A stretch of DNA of 62,700 bases, filler included, from Choristocarpus tenellus KU-1152 (GCA_964200185.2; 14 parts of 14 records of this genome joined end to end with filler, not necessarily neighbours in it); one strand, 5' to 3'. Counted from the whole stretch's first letter, positions 49,336 to 61,779 are shown. Numbers and translations: made by a program. Notes: generated from the letters alone by a model not told the origin.

Positions 49336-49769
49336 GGGTGCCCAGGTGGGTTTGACTCCTGTCCACTTGGGAACAGTCATGGTGTTGTTGATGTGCAAAT
49401 TACCTTGGGAGGTAATGCTATTTGTCAGTAGTGAAGATAAGAGAGTGTGAAGCCTCACACGACCCCCTTTGCTGAACGTGAAAAAAGGAATGGATGGTTG
49501 AAATTTAGAAGAGTGACCTTTGTGTATAATGTCTTCTAATTGCTTGTTTATTATTTATTTGTGCTTCCTATCTGAGTCAACGGTCATGTCAAAGTTAGTT
49601 GAATGCAGAATAAATACCAATACATAATTCCATACATAATCTGGATGTACTATTTTATTAGTTATATCACATGGACTCAATTTCAACACAACAATCTCAT
49701 ATACACAAAATAAGGTACACCTCACTATTGTCCTATTTTGCACAAGTTTTCACTGCAAAGGTGGAGAAG

Positions 49770-50816
49770 GGAGCGAATCCGATCCTGACCATAAACCACC
49801 TGGAAGAGCTTCGGGGAGGATGCTATCGATGAATCTGGTGATCTCGGACAAGCTGCTGCTCCTACAATTCCTGAGTGCTTTCGGATCAGATTACGATACC
49901 GAGATGCGCATGATGGCCTCGCAGAGAACACTATGTCCAGCAGACGTAGAGAAAACTGCTAGAGAGCGATATGCTTCCCTTCATCAGGGCAAGGACTCAT
50001 GACACAAGAACAGCCATGCTTTGGTTGTTAACAGCTCATCGCAAGGGAAGAGTCAGTCTCATCGCAACGGCCAAGGTCGCGGGGTCGAACGTAAATTTAA
50101 TGGTTGAAAGAAAGAAAACTGGTTCTATTTCCAACCCAAAACGTTCTGAGAAGATTCCTTGTGAGAGATGCGGTAAGCATGGACATGGAAAGACAGCTTG
50201 CCCAAACCGCATCTGCACCAAGTGTGGTGGACGTGCCCATGATGCAACAACGTGTACTTCGATGTTCTTGACTACGGTGCAGTCTGGGAAAGAAGAGATC
50301 AAGACCGAGGCGAATCCTTCCCACATTACTGTGGAAAGTACCACCAGCTGCGGCAATGACGAGCGATACGCACTACTGGTCGCCACTGAGGACTCTCCGA
50401 GCAGCAATGCTCCAGGCAAGTATGGGGCAAACGAATGTTTGGTGTCAAGTGTTGGGGTTGGCCGTGAGAGAGAAGAATGGATTTTGGACAGTGCGGCTTC
50501 ATGTCACGTAACCAGTATGATAACTCACATGACTAATTACAAGCCTTGCGTTGGAAATGAAAGCGTAGTCACTGCCAGCCAAAATTCCTTTGCATCGCTG
50601 GTCATGGTGATCTAATCATCTTGTTTCCGTCACGTGACAACAAGGAGGTAGAAATACTCCTTCAGAATGTCGCACATGTCCCTGATCTAGGATTCAACCT
50701 TTTCTCTTGCCAAGCAGCAGCTGACAAGGGTGCAAAAGGCATTTTCACAGCCAGCACATTCTCGCTATTAGATGGAGTACTTAACTTCACAAGAGATCCT
50801 GGTTGCCACTACACCC
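49770..50816 (+). mobile_element. Ty1/Copia gag-protease fragment (degenerate)
   Basis: Two CX2CX4HX4C knuckles (CERCGKHGHGKTAC, CTKCGGRAHDATTC), protease WILDSAASCHVT, and LQNVAHVPDLGFNLFS. Confidence 0.92.
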
Positions 50817-50916
50817 NNNNNNNNNNNNNNNNNNNNNNNNNNNNNNNNNNNNNNNNNNNNTTAATTAATTAANNNNNNNNNNNNNNNNNNNNNNNNNNNN
50901 NNNNNNNNNNNNNNNN

Positions 50917-51643
50917 CATTCTCAAATAGGGTCACTAACTGCAGTCTGGTGTACCATCATAGGATTCTGCTGAAAAATGTGCAAAAATTTCCAATTCAGT
51001 GAGGAGTTTAGTGAAAGTATCTTAGAGGGTACGTACGAGTTTTAGGTAGACTGTTAGACCATGGGCAAGGGCATCGGGACTTGCAGGGGTGTGTTACCAC
51101 TTGTTTTCATGTGTGTATACCCACCAGGATATTATTGCAAAGTAAAATATGCAAGACGAATAGGTACAAACTGGTGTACACTACCACTACACCATGGAAA
51201 ACCTTTGGATGTGAAGAGGTCCACACAAGGAGCGGTCGTGCAAGCCTGCACTGGGCCAAAGTATCTTAGAGGGTAGAGTCGCGTCCATTTGGGGGCCAAA
51301 ATCCAATGTTGTGATTTTGATTAAATTTGGTTATATCGTGTTTGTAGGAAGTGTATATATCCATGTTCCGGACACACCTTTTCAAAACATACACACTTTA
51401 TCTACTCCTAAACATTTTAGAGTAGGAAAATATCATAAAAGAACCCCATGGGAAGCCAAGCCCCAAATGGGCAAACAAGACAAAACTCGTACCCTCTAAG
51501 ATACATTCACTCACTGCATTCTCAAATAGGGTCACTAACTGCAGTCTGGTGTACCATCATAGGATTCTGCTGAAAAATGTGCAAAAATTTCCAATTCAGT
51601 GAGGAGTTTAGTGAAAGTATCTTAGAGGGTACGTACGAGTTTT
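50917..51643 (+). repeat. Exact 127-bp direct repeat (50917-51043 = 51517-51643) that includes a MITE B end
   Basis: Base-for-base identity, 600 bp apart, starting at the first base of the contig. Confidence 0.9.
51253..51512 (+). mobile_element. MITE family B, full length, 3-bp TSD ACT
   Basis: act|GGGCCAAAGTATCTTAGAGGGTA..TACCCTCTAAGATACATTCACTC|act. Confidence 0.93.
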
Positions 51644-51858
51644 GCCCTGTTTGTCCATACGGGGCTTGGCTTTCTATGGGATTTTTGATGTTCTGAAGTG
51701 TCGATATCCTTGTTCCAGACACTCCTTTTCATATCTTACATATTTTTCCTACTCCAAAATGTTTCGGAGGAGGAAAAAGTAATAAAAATCCCCGTGGGAA
51801 GCCAAACCTCAAACGGACAAACAGGGTAAGACTCGTACTATCTAAGATACTTTCACTC
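51609..51858 (+). mobile_element. MITE family B variant with two right ends
   Basis: Starts GTGAAAGTATCTTAGAGGGT..GAGTTTTGCCCTGTTTGTCC..GGGGCTTGGC and ends GCCAAACCTCAAACGGACAAACAGGG..CTAAGATACTTTCACTC. Confidence 0.88.
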
Positions 51859-52659
51859 TAAGAAAGTCCAAAATATTTCGGAACAACCATGTTGGGTCGT
51901 TGGGGCAATGGGCACGTAATTCGTAATGTGTTTAAAGTTCCCAAAATAAGTCATACCATATTCCCACAAATCAATTGTTGAATCACCCAATCGAAACTTG
52001 AAGTTGCATTTTAAATAATTTTTCCTGGTCATGATTTGCAAGGGATTCTAGCATGACTCCCTTGTTGTCTGTTCTCAACAATTGCAACTTCTTAGCATGT
52101 GATCGAAATACTTCATACCTCAGATGAAAAACCGTATCATCAACATAAGGGTGTCCAATTGTTGTAGTTTCTATGGTACATCTAGTTGGTTATTTGGATT
52201 ACACAGGCAAAGTGGGGTTAGTAGTTAGATGATAGGTCGATGCAATACTGCAAACGACGGCTGATAGTGGGCACGAGGGGGGGATGAATTCTTGTCGCAA
52301 CCAAGATGCGAAATTGTTACAACGGGACCCCCAAAACTCACCTCCACAGGATATGCAACTCAAATCCAACGACGTTAAAACGACGCTACGCGGGGGTTCA
52401 CAGATGATGATCATGTGCGGTGTCAGTTGATGCTTAGCTCAGTCAATATCTCGCTTTTCGCTTTATCAAAAGAGGAAAGGATCAAGAACTGAGGGTGTGG
52501 CCATCCGCACTCAGCCTTTTATTAACATCATTCACCATTTTTCTACAGCCAAAGAGTTAAATGAATTCTGTAAACTGCTATGTAGATACTTCAATCATAA
52601 ATCTTTATTCTGCAACTTTCAGGAATTGAAATCTATTCTGTAAGATTATGTTTGCATTT

Positions 52660-52838
52660 GACCCAAAATATCTGGGGGGAGGTGGGGGTCTACACACCAG
52701 GGTGTCCATTTGGACCAAAATCAAGAAAACTACATTTACATTATCCATCTGACTTATGCAACCAAATCACCAAAAATCGCGACATGAAAAATTTAGCTCC
52801 AAATGGACAGTCACCACCCCCCCCAGGTACTTTGAGCC
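52660..52838 (+). mobile_element. MITE family A, full length, no clean TSD
   Basis: GACCCAAAATATCTGGGG..CCCCAGGTACTTTGAGCC. Confidence 0.92.
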
Positions 52839-52884
52839 CCCTTACGTCTGGCCTTACATATCCATTCAAGAGTGCTCCAGCTAA

Positions 52885-53697
52885 GTGGAGGCTGTGGCGT
52901 TACTCATCCTGCCATTCACTCACATGCTTGCAAGATGAGGTGCCTGAGTGATGAAGGAATCGTGCAACTGAAATACGTCTGGTGGAAAGAGTGACACCTT
53001 TGTGGTGGTGGCTCTTCTCCAACCCAGTCAAGGCTCCTGAAACAATTCTTTCCTGTACTGTGGGGATGAGTGTCCTAGTCCTACACTGTACAACATTGAC
53101 TAGTTCCATCAAGGAGTGCGATCGCTGAGAGTTCATACTCTCCAATGCAGTAGTCGAAGTCAATATTTATCTAACCCTAACCCATTGAATGAGTGATATG
53201 GGAGCTCAATACTCTTCACCCTGTGGGTCTGCTACAGCGCAGGTGGCCCTAAAACATGCGTCCCTGCGCTTGTACCCAACCACTGTGTGGTGTTGCCTGG
53301 GTTAGGTGAAGTGCCTGGACAAAGACGTTCACGGGTACCTCAAGTACAGCATGTACATTTGGCTAGCAGAATTCTCCTGCGGTAACAGTTTATCCCAAAT
53401 GACGGAGGAGGCACAGGCTTTGTACATCACAGAGGCCCTTGCCTACCTTGAATTGAACCCCAGCATCTACAAGTATACCCGGTAAGCAAACAAAGTACTC
53501 ATCGAGACAGTGGGTCTGACTTCTGCATGGTGTGTATCAAGTTGTGCCTCTCCCAAAGGGTATGCTTGACGATTGGCATCTATGCAAATCCATCTCAGGT
53601 TCAGTGATCAAGGAGGGAACGATGTCAGAGTTGGTAGGTCCGACCTCCTGTATGCTGGAACGGTTGATCTGACTGCTGTTGGTGGTGTGTTCCTGAG
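52885..53697 (+). CDS. Glycoside hydrolase family 128 (beta-1,3-glucanase-like) C-terminal exons: about 52885-52939, 53306-53481, 53599-53697; possibly a pseudogene
   Basis: GGCGVTHPAIHSHAC / YLKYSMYIWLAEFSCG..EAQALYITEALAYLELNPSIYKYT|RFS..SDLL..VDLTAVG fits the GH128 pattern HxY..IWLTEF..Q..YM..AL..LE....RYAWF..LT.LG; the first junction is not cleanly in phase. Confidence 0.7.
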
Positions 53698-56398
53698 GTT
53701 GTGTGCTTACCTGCAGTGTTGCAGCCACTCTTCCATAAGCAACATTGATGATGTTGAGCTATCTGTTGCTGTGTTCATAGCAATACCCCCAGGTAAGTAC
53801 AATGGATTGATGCCCAGTGCTTATCAAGACTCACTCTGTTCTTATACTCTGTTACAATTTAAGGGTTTCACACATCCCCATTTTACTGTGGGTAAGGGGT
53901 GGTGGATAGCTGGTGACTGCCTGGACTTCTTAACATCACATCTATCGACTTGAATTTCTTCAGGGGGAGAAGTTACTTCAATATGTATAGATCTGCTCAA
54001 TGACTCTTTAACCCTCCTCTTTCTCACACACACACACATATAATCGCTTCTGCTTGCCATCGACACAGTCTCTCTCAGAGATGTTGACCCAGATGCTGAT
54101 GTTACCACAGCAGTGGTGATTACAAATGTGGGTGATTCCGAGTTCTACGGTGACATCACCAACATGATGTACGATGGCACTGGCGTGTCCTGGTTCAACT
54201 ATGGCAATTCATGCTTGGCACAGGTATGTAGCATTGTCCTTCACATCTGTTATCTCATTGAGAAGGTGCGCTGTGTTTTGCTCACGTGTTTTAGTGTGCA
54301 TTACCAACTTGAAAATACTTGCATGCATTAGGAACTAGCTTCCAGGAGGTGTTGAGTTTATGAAGAGTTGACCATAGAGCCAGGCTGACTCTTGGTGCCC
54401 GACCGTTGACATCAGTCCACATTCCATCCCTAACAGGAAACCTTTGTTTGTGGGGTGTTTGTGCCATTTGACCAAGGGTATACCTTTGGCCTTTCTAGAC
54501 GCCTTGAACATTCACAGTATTGGCTGGTATGAGGGAGAGGACATCTATGATACATTTTATTGATACCAGTCAAGAAATTGGTGGTAGTGTATGAGTTGCT
54601 AGGGCTAGGGTTAAGTTTGACTAAGAAGTCCACAATAGTGCACCCATGTAACTTCTTTCAAACAACAAGAGAGAGGTAGAGAGGTAGAGCTTGTGTCAGG
54701 CTGACCTCCTTGAAGCATTTCCCAAAGAACACCATATGCCCAATGGGCTTAAGGCTTTCACCTTAATGGACGATTCTAGTGTAGCACAGAATTGATAATG
54801 GCATGTTATGGGTCAAGCAATTCTCGTGCAATAGCTTGACACCTGACGCTGTGTTAGGTTATATGTTGAATGCAGGGACTGACCATAGCTTCCCACCATC
54901 ATCATGACTGTTTATGCCCCCGGATGATCCATTGTGAATATAAAGTGGTGTCCACCCGAAGAATCTCTTTCTGTCCAATCAACAGATATTTTTCAGCATA
55001 CGCGTTTGTTGAGTGCTTCAAAGACAAGATCCACAGTGTGAATCGTGATGCAAACTTGTACATAAGAAAGAACCATCGGTGATAACAACTTCAATGTGTG
55101 CAGCCTGGTGTTCAAATACGGAGCAGGGCTTCTTCAATCTACAGAGAATTCAACAGTGAGTACTTCCACATAACCTGACTTGGGGTTAGGGATATGGAAG
55201 CACAATGATCTTGCTCACTAGAGTCAATTTGGATGCCTATTATGTCAGCAGTTCGACCCATTATTCGAGAAAGATAACACAACACTATCATACAATACAC
55301 ACACGCAAGTAGAAATAACCCTTGAAGTGTGGAACTGTTGAGGCAATGCATTCCCTTGAACCTGGCAGCCCACAGGGTAGGTAGGTTAGGTGGAAGTACA
55401 GCAACAGGCAAGTCTGGACCGAGAGTGATATGAAATGACACCAATGCCACTCTTCTGTTCAGGTGCTGGTGGTGTGGAGGGATGGATGAAACGTATGTTC
55501 AAGTAGTATCATTTCCGACCTCAAACTTAGTGATATGAGATGATAGACTGAGCTTCCCTTCAGAGGTGACCATCTCTCCGGCTTCATCTTGATGTGGTGG
55601 TGGTGGTGTTACGTCCTTCTTCTACTCTTAAGTTCAGTATTCAAGGGATTTGCTGCAAATATATGTTATTGCCACCATCAGCCAAAAGGATACATTTTCC
55701 TTTCCTCTCATGCTTGAAACGTGCATCCTCTTCCATCAGGTTGGGACTCAGTCTTGAGTCTTGCACATTGTTCTGTCATCTTCACGGCTGCCTCTTCTTT
55801 GGTACTAAGGGCTCCAATTGGTTCTGTGGGGATAACAATTCTTTGCTGGATCACTCTCAGCGGACTGAGAACAATAGATGCTATGTGTCAAGCTGGGGGG
55901 ATTCCACGCACCACTGTGGAGGACCCAGAGCAATTTATGATTTGGGAAATCACTGGGAGCATAGGGTTGGTTTTGTAGCAGTACTATTGTTTTTGGTGAC
56001 ATGTTTTTGTTCATGCTCAGTCATGACAGGGACTGCAAACTGCTGGAAAATGATCCAATATGGAGTAGATAGATATTATTGGGAGCATGACACCAGTCAC
56101 ATGAGAAGTGCAGATGGGCCATGGTGTTTTTAGAGGGGGGGATGTTTTGCCCAGGTTGTCCATTGGGGGTTTGATGAGGTGTTGTAAGATACCCCAGTTT
56201 GTTTGATGCCTGTTTTGGATGGGATGTTTTGATTTGTTTGAGGTGAGGGGATGTAAGAGGAAATCGTGTTGAGACGATGAAAAGTGGCCTTACATCTGAC
56301 ACGTTCACTCAAATGACATGGAAATCACTACAGGGTCAAACAGGCCCCCAATGGATACCCGACTCTGTCTCTAGGATAGTACGGTTCAGAAGATAGTT

Positions 56399-56576
56399 GA
56401 CCCAAAGTATCTGAGAGGGGGNNNNNNNNNNNNNNNNNNNNNNNNNNNNNNNNNNNNNNNNNNNNTTAATTAATTAANNNNNNNNNNNNNNNNNNNNNNN
56501 NNNNNNNNNNNNNNNNNNNNNGTCGAAAAAAGGGTGAAAAACGGACGTTGACACCCCCCCCCAGACACTTTGACCC
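56399..56576. mobile_element. MITE A-like termini on both sides of a linker (56399-56421 and 56522-56576), belonging to separate contigs
   Basis: GACCCAAAGTATCTGAGAGGGGG and CCCCCAGACACTTTGACCC. Confidence 0.7.
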
Positions 56577-57543
56577 AATCATTACTACATACATGATACA
56601 ACTGGAGTTGTCACTCATTGGGGTACATGGCGGCTAAGTCCTCCTCAACGTTGTTGCATAGCGATTGGGGGGCTACCTACTTTCTTTCTGAGAATCGAAG
56701 TCCTTTAGAGGTAGGCAAAAATTGCATTTGAAGGATCCTGTGAAATGGTCAAAACTTGCACTTTTGTACAGTTGCAGAAAAGGTCTTTACCGAATTGTGA
56801 TGTCATATTGTGTGCGGATAGGGGGGAAGAATATCAATATTGTGGACACTATTGTACACAGTAAGCAATGAAATAGGGTGTATTACACAGGGTTAGAAAA
56901 TTAGTTTAAAATGTAACAAGTTTAAAACCTGTGTCTCTACTTCTTTGACTCTCGGGTGCCCTCTGAACACTATTCATACCAATAAAAATGTCTAATTCTT
57001 GATCCATATCATACAAACATCTAGACAACATAGAAAAAATGTAAGGATAACACTGTCGAGCAAAACACACTAATAACACACCGACAGAGAACATTATCAT
57101 CTTTTCGCAACAAAAACCCCAACACTTACTATCCAGCTGGCTCTCCAACCAACTCCAATTTTGCAAAGTATGACTACTACACACCAACAATTTCAGGCAA
57201 CGTCTAGGGCCACACCGAATCAACAGACAAAATTGGGAGCTCCCAAGAGGCAAGAGGTCATTCTATAGTTGAACTCTCAAGCTAACCCGAACCTTTACAG
57301 ACAAAGAATCCCTCAGCAGGGTACCAAGGTCATTTCTTACAAGCAACAGCTATGAACATATGGGCATCGCTGGCACAGTCTCTGTATAAGATTGTTAATT
57401 TACCGGACAACGAGGCGCAGTAAAATTAATGCTGGCAAGGCGTATTCTTCCCAATGATACTAAGTTGGCGATTTCTGAGATGACTCTTTGTGGTCTTTGA
57501 ATCACCATTTGCTGCTGTTGGAGGATACACCCTCATTCAACAG

Positions 57544-59923
57544 TCACTGTGAACAGGTGGTGGCTGTTGTGTCGTAACTCTGAAGAAGATTTGTCAGCTT
57601 CTCAACAGCTGCCGATGCAGTGATGCGTTGATCGCTTTCTTGCTGCCAGCACCCATTAAGTATTTCCTTCACCTCCTCTGTCCAGCACTTCTCAAATGGA
57701 GGACGTAATCCGCCTTCCAACACCTGAGCATTCATCACAAGCAAACACAGCAAGAAAATAAAACAAGAGAGATCAGTCCACACCTATACAGCAGACAGCA
57801 AGTCTAAATTTCTCCAAATAGCTTTGGGTGACCTCGCAAGACCAAAGTTGACCTGTACTGTCCAAAAAGGATTTCATTGGCGTAACAAACGTCTGTGACC
57901 TCTGTTTTGCCCAGTTACTGTCCACAGGTGAAGTTAAAGCACTCTAGTATTATATTGCATTATTTCTGCAACATCGTATTTGGCAAGTTGAAAAGAATGC
58001 ACACTGCTGTACTCTCTAGTCTTCCTTTTTGAACACCTTCTCCTTATCAACCCCATTTCAAAAGGAGTCAGCAGTTGTAAACAAGGTGATCTATCTCCTC
58101 ACCTGGAGGATGTGCTCTTCTGATGACATGGATGAGAAAACCTGGTTCAGCGATAGCATCTCCCACAAGATTAACCCAAAAGAATATACATCCACCTGCG
58201 AGAAAGTGCAGAACATAGTCTTTGTTGAACACATCAAGTCACCGTACTTCAGGGAGCACATGACACCTCCTCTTATACCCTGGTATGAAATGGATCATAC
58301 TCAAGCAAGATCTATCAACATAAATTGCACAGTCCAACAATCGAACAATCTCTCATGTCATAATGGACATATCATCTTTATTCTACGTGCAGTACATTTT
58401 TCACCTTCTCATTGTAGGGCTCCCCCTTCCACACCTCAGGGGCCATGTATCTCTGGCTTCCTGTCTCTCCCGTCATCTGTTTTGAGCAGTGGAGGAAGGT
58501 TTCAGATCAGGCAATCCTCTCTGGATGGAACGTTACAGTATGTAGTGACGTCCACAGGAACAGTATGTGCCCGATGGCCTTACCAACCAGACTAACAACC
58601 ACTTTGCATCAGTAGACTGGAATTAGAGGTCTGGCTTTGCCTGCCTTCTTCACGAATCACCTCATATTTGAACGTGAGAGCCTTTCGGCTCTCAACCACC
58701 CTAGCAAGTCCCAAGTCAAACACTTGAATGTGCCCGTCGTGTGACAGTCCGACATTCCTTGGCTTGAGGTCACTGGTTACAGAAGAGGTGCAGGGCGGAA
58801 AACGCGGTATCCAGGGAAAGAAATCAAGGGGTGTGCACCATATCAGAGATATACATTACATTGAGTAACAGTAAGTATTGTTTACAGGGGAACTACAAGT
58901 AGCCTACTCTGGAGTTTGGCGCACAAATCTACATCAATTGTGTTCGTCGCCCATGATCTTCCTCGAGTGCTAAAGATTTCTGACCTACAAAGAACGCATG
59001 TTCTTATTAACAGATTTCCTATATCATGACCCATGGCGGAGAACATATCCTGTATTCAACAACCGAGCTGGACATTGCTTAGAAAGAAAACCTCCCCAAG
59101 GATGAGGTATAGAAACAAGAATGACTCGATCGAGGCATCCGCGACATGATGATCAAGCATCGTTTATTCTCTCTCACCGGTGAAGAACACATCCACCAGA
59201 GATGGCATCCTCGTGTAAGTATTTGATGAGTTGGGCCAGTTCTAGCCCAAGCTCCAGTCTGCGTCGAAAAGGTAATTCTCTTTTCAATCTCCTACGTTTG
59301 AGCATCATTTTCAGGGGTACCTCCTGTTGTGCAGTCCCCATGCCGCACAGCTCCGCCAGATTTTGCTTGAGTTCTTCAAGGATGATGAAGGGCTTATTAT
59401 CATTACCTTGTCCAAACCCGTAGAATTTGCAGAGGTACTTATGATCGAGTTTCTTGAATATCTCTATTTCGTTCTTAACACCAGCAATTGCGCCGCGCGG
59501 GTCGGAGCAACATGATTTGGGAACCTTGACCACCACATCCTTCCCCTTGTACAGGCAAGCATGCACAGCACAGAACCCTCCATCAGCAATATGGTGCTTG
59601 ACCTTAACTTCTTCCAACGTGAGTTCACAGGGAAGGGAATTTTCTTTGTCTTCATTCAAGGACTCTGCTTGTGTCCAGTCCATAGACAGATGTTTTTTAA
59701 CCGTCCCCACAGGCATAATGTCATTTGCGGGTTGCGGTCTCGATTTGGCCTCGATGGTCGTATTTCCTTCCTCGTATATTGTCTTCTGGTAACTTGTATC
59801 TAAATTAGAGGTCACTGACCAAGAGTTGGTAGCAGTTGACGACCGACATCCCGTCCAATCCACATCCCCTTTTCCAGGTAGGTCTGTATCGGCTGTTACA
59901 AGACCAGATTGACTGCATCCCAT
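57544..59923 (-). CDS. Complete TKL-type protein kinase, 400 aa; exons 59923-59178, 58772-58661, 58476-58405, 58195-58103, 57723-57544
   Basis: Exon lengths 746+112+72+93+180 = 1203 nt; motifs DGGFCAV, VVVK, HR|DLKPRN, DLGLA, MTGETGSQRYMAPEV, DVYSFGLILWEM, CW....QR; all GT-AG and in phase; N-terminus MGCSQS. Confidence 0.95.
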
Positions 59924-61779
59924 GCTTAACGTTCGAGCACTGGGTTTTACAAGAGCTCAGGCACTAGCGTAGTGGTAGGTCACAGAGTTGTTGCTCTGTC
60001 GTACTGCTCTCAGTCTTTGCGTCCTTCCAGCCCAGGATTGAGTTGCTTGAAGATACGTTCTCCCCTGTCCATATTGATGAAATTATCTGTGAAGAGGTTT
60101 TGGAAGTTGACCGGTTTAGTTGAATTGCTAGTAGTCATGTATTATGCCCAGTCGGTATATCCAGTCATTGTTAATATATTTTTTATTATGCCATCTGATA
60201 TCTTATTATAATAATAATATAATATAGTGGTGAAGTAACTGATTGGTGGTTTCCACACAATATTTTTGAGATGTGTCAGGCGGAAAACCAATGAAAACTA
60301 TATATGCAAAATATATATGCATCTCGTTGTTAGTTAATATTTCATTGTTGCATCTGACGTCATATGTCATAGTTGAACCCTCAATACAGAATACTATATA
60401 CCGTTCGATCGAAATTTCGTAGTATTATATACCGTTCTTCTATGTTCCAATTTTCAAGTTCGTGGAAGTTGAATAATCGATGGGGAATATTATTTATATT
60501 ATTATGGGAATATTATTATCCCTTCTATATTTTGGAGATGTATCAATTCAAAAACCAATAGTGAATCAATTGTGTGGATTTGAAGGACACAATAATATAA
60601 TATGTGACTAATTAAATTTGAAGGACATTGGTTGGAACTTTGAAGAACGAGTTGACCGCATAATAGTAATAATGTATATATAAACAAAACAGTATACCCT
60701 CTAATATTTTACAGATATCTTTGGGAAAAAGTCAAGTACACTATCAACAATATTTCTGAACCAATACTCTGGATAGAATAGTAGTAGTTGTAACCAATTT
60801 CAACTCCTAACAACAAACCTCCCTAATTTTATGTACTATTTATAATATATATGCGACAACCATCTTTTCTTTGAATGGTGAGGAGGTTGGTAAGAATACC
60901 AAGAATCTATCTGTCACGCTTTTTCTTCCCCAAACAATCATTTTCACGTTTTTTCAAGAATAGTACATACATAATATGTTCAACCTACCGTACAAACAGT
61001 TTTTTCCCAATCATTGATTTTTCATATATTATTATTATGCCCTCTAACATTTTCAAGATGTGTCAGGGGGGAAACAAACGAAAACTATACGTATGTTAGT
61101 ATGAGCCCTAAAGAAATAAAATATCGTAAATGTAACTTATCATCAAATATAAGTTTAAATACCTTCTCTAACTGACACCACACAAAACAGTATATTCTTC
61201 TTAATATTATTATTATATTCTTACCGGAGAACCATGAAAATAGTCCGATACGTTCTTCTCTGTGTGTAGATGGTAACTATTCTCATAGACTTAATATATA
61301 TTTTACTATCAAGACAGAAATTCTGTCCGTGATTCCTAGATACAAATCAATACCATCAACTACACCAACTGTACCATGGTAGGACAAACTAAAAAAACCC
61401 TCTCTTATATCCCAATCCTCTCTTATTGTATATAGGAGGGCATCTCTCTTAGACTGCGAGATCGTGATAAGAGTAACCTATCTATGTTGTATCGAGCAAC
61501 AGTACTCCTCGGCACTTTATTCTTGTCCCCAAACGACGACAGAGCGACACCCTTACTTTATGTGCTTCCCATGTGCCTTCAAGAGTAGTTATATGTAGAT
61601 ATTACACTCATTACTATGTATTCACTCATAAGTATAGTACACCTTCCCAAGAAAAACATCCATAAGTTGTTGGGTGGCTGGGCAGATGACTTTCAATTCA
61701 AATGAAATCAACGTTCAAAGTCAATCTCCCTCCGATGCCCTGCCCTACTTAATCAATTGCTTTCTAAAAGGATATTATA

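Noticed and set aside
50917-51043. Exact 127-bp duplication as a biological repeat or LTR
   Set aside because: It is 100% identical, starts at the first base of the contig and equals a common assembler k-mer length, so it is probably a graph-overlap artefact (not proven)
58029-59803. Long plus-strand ORFs (58029-58595, 59454-59792 and others)
   Set aside because: They are antisense to the kinase gene and carry no recognisable motifs
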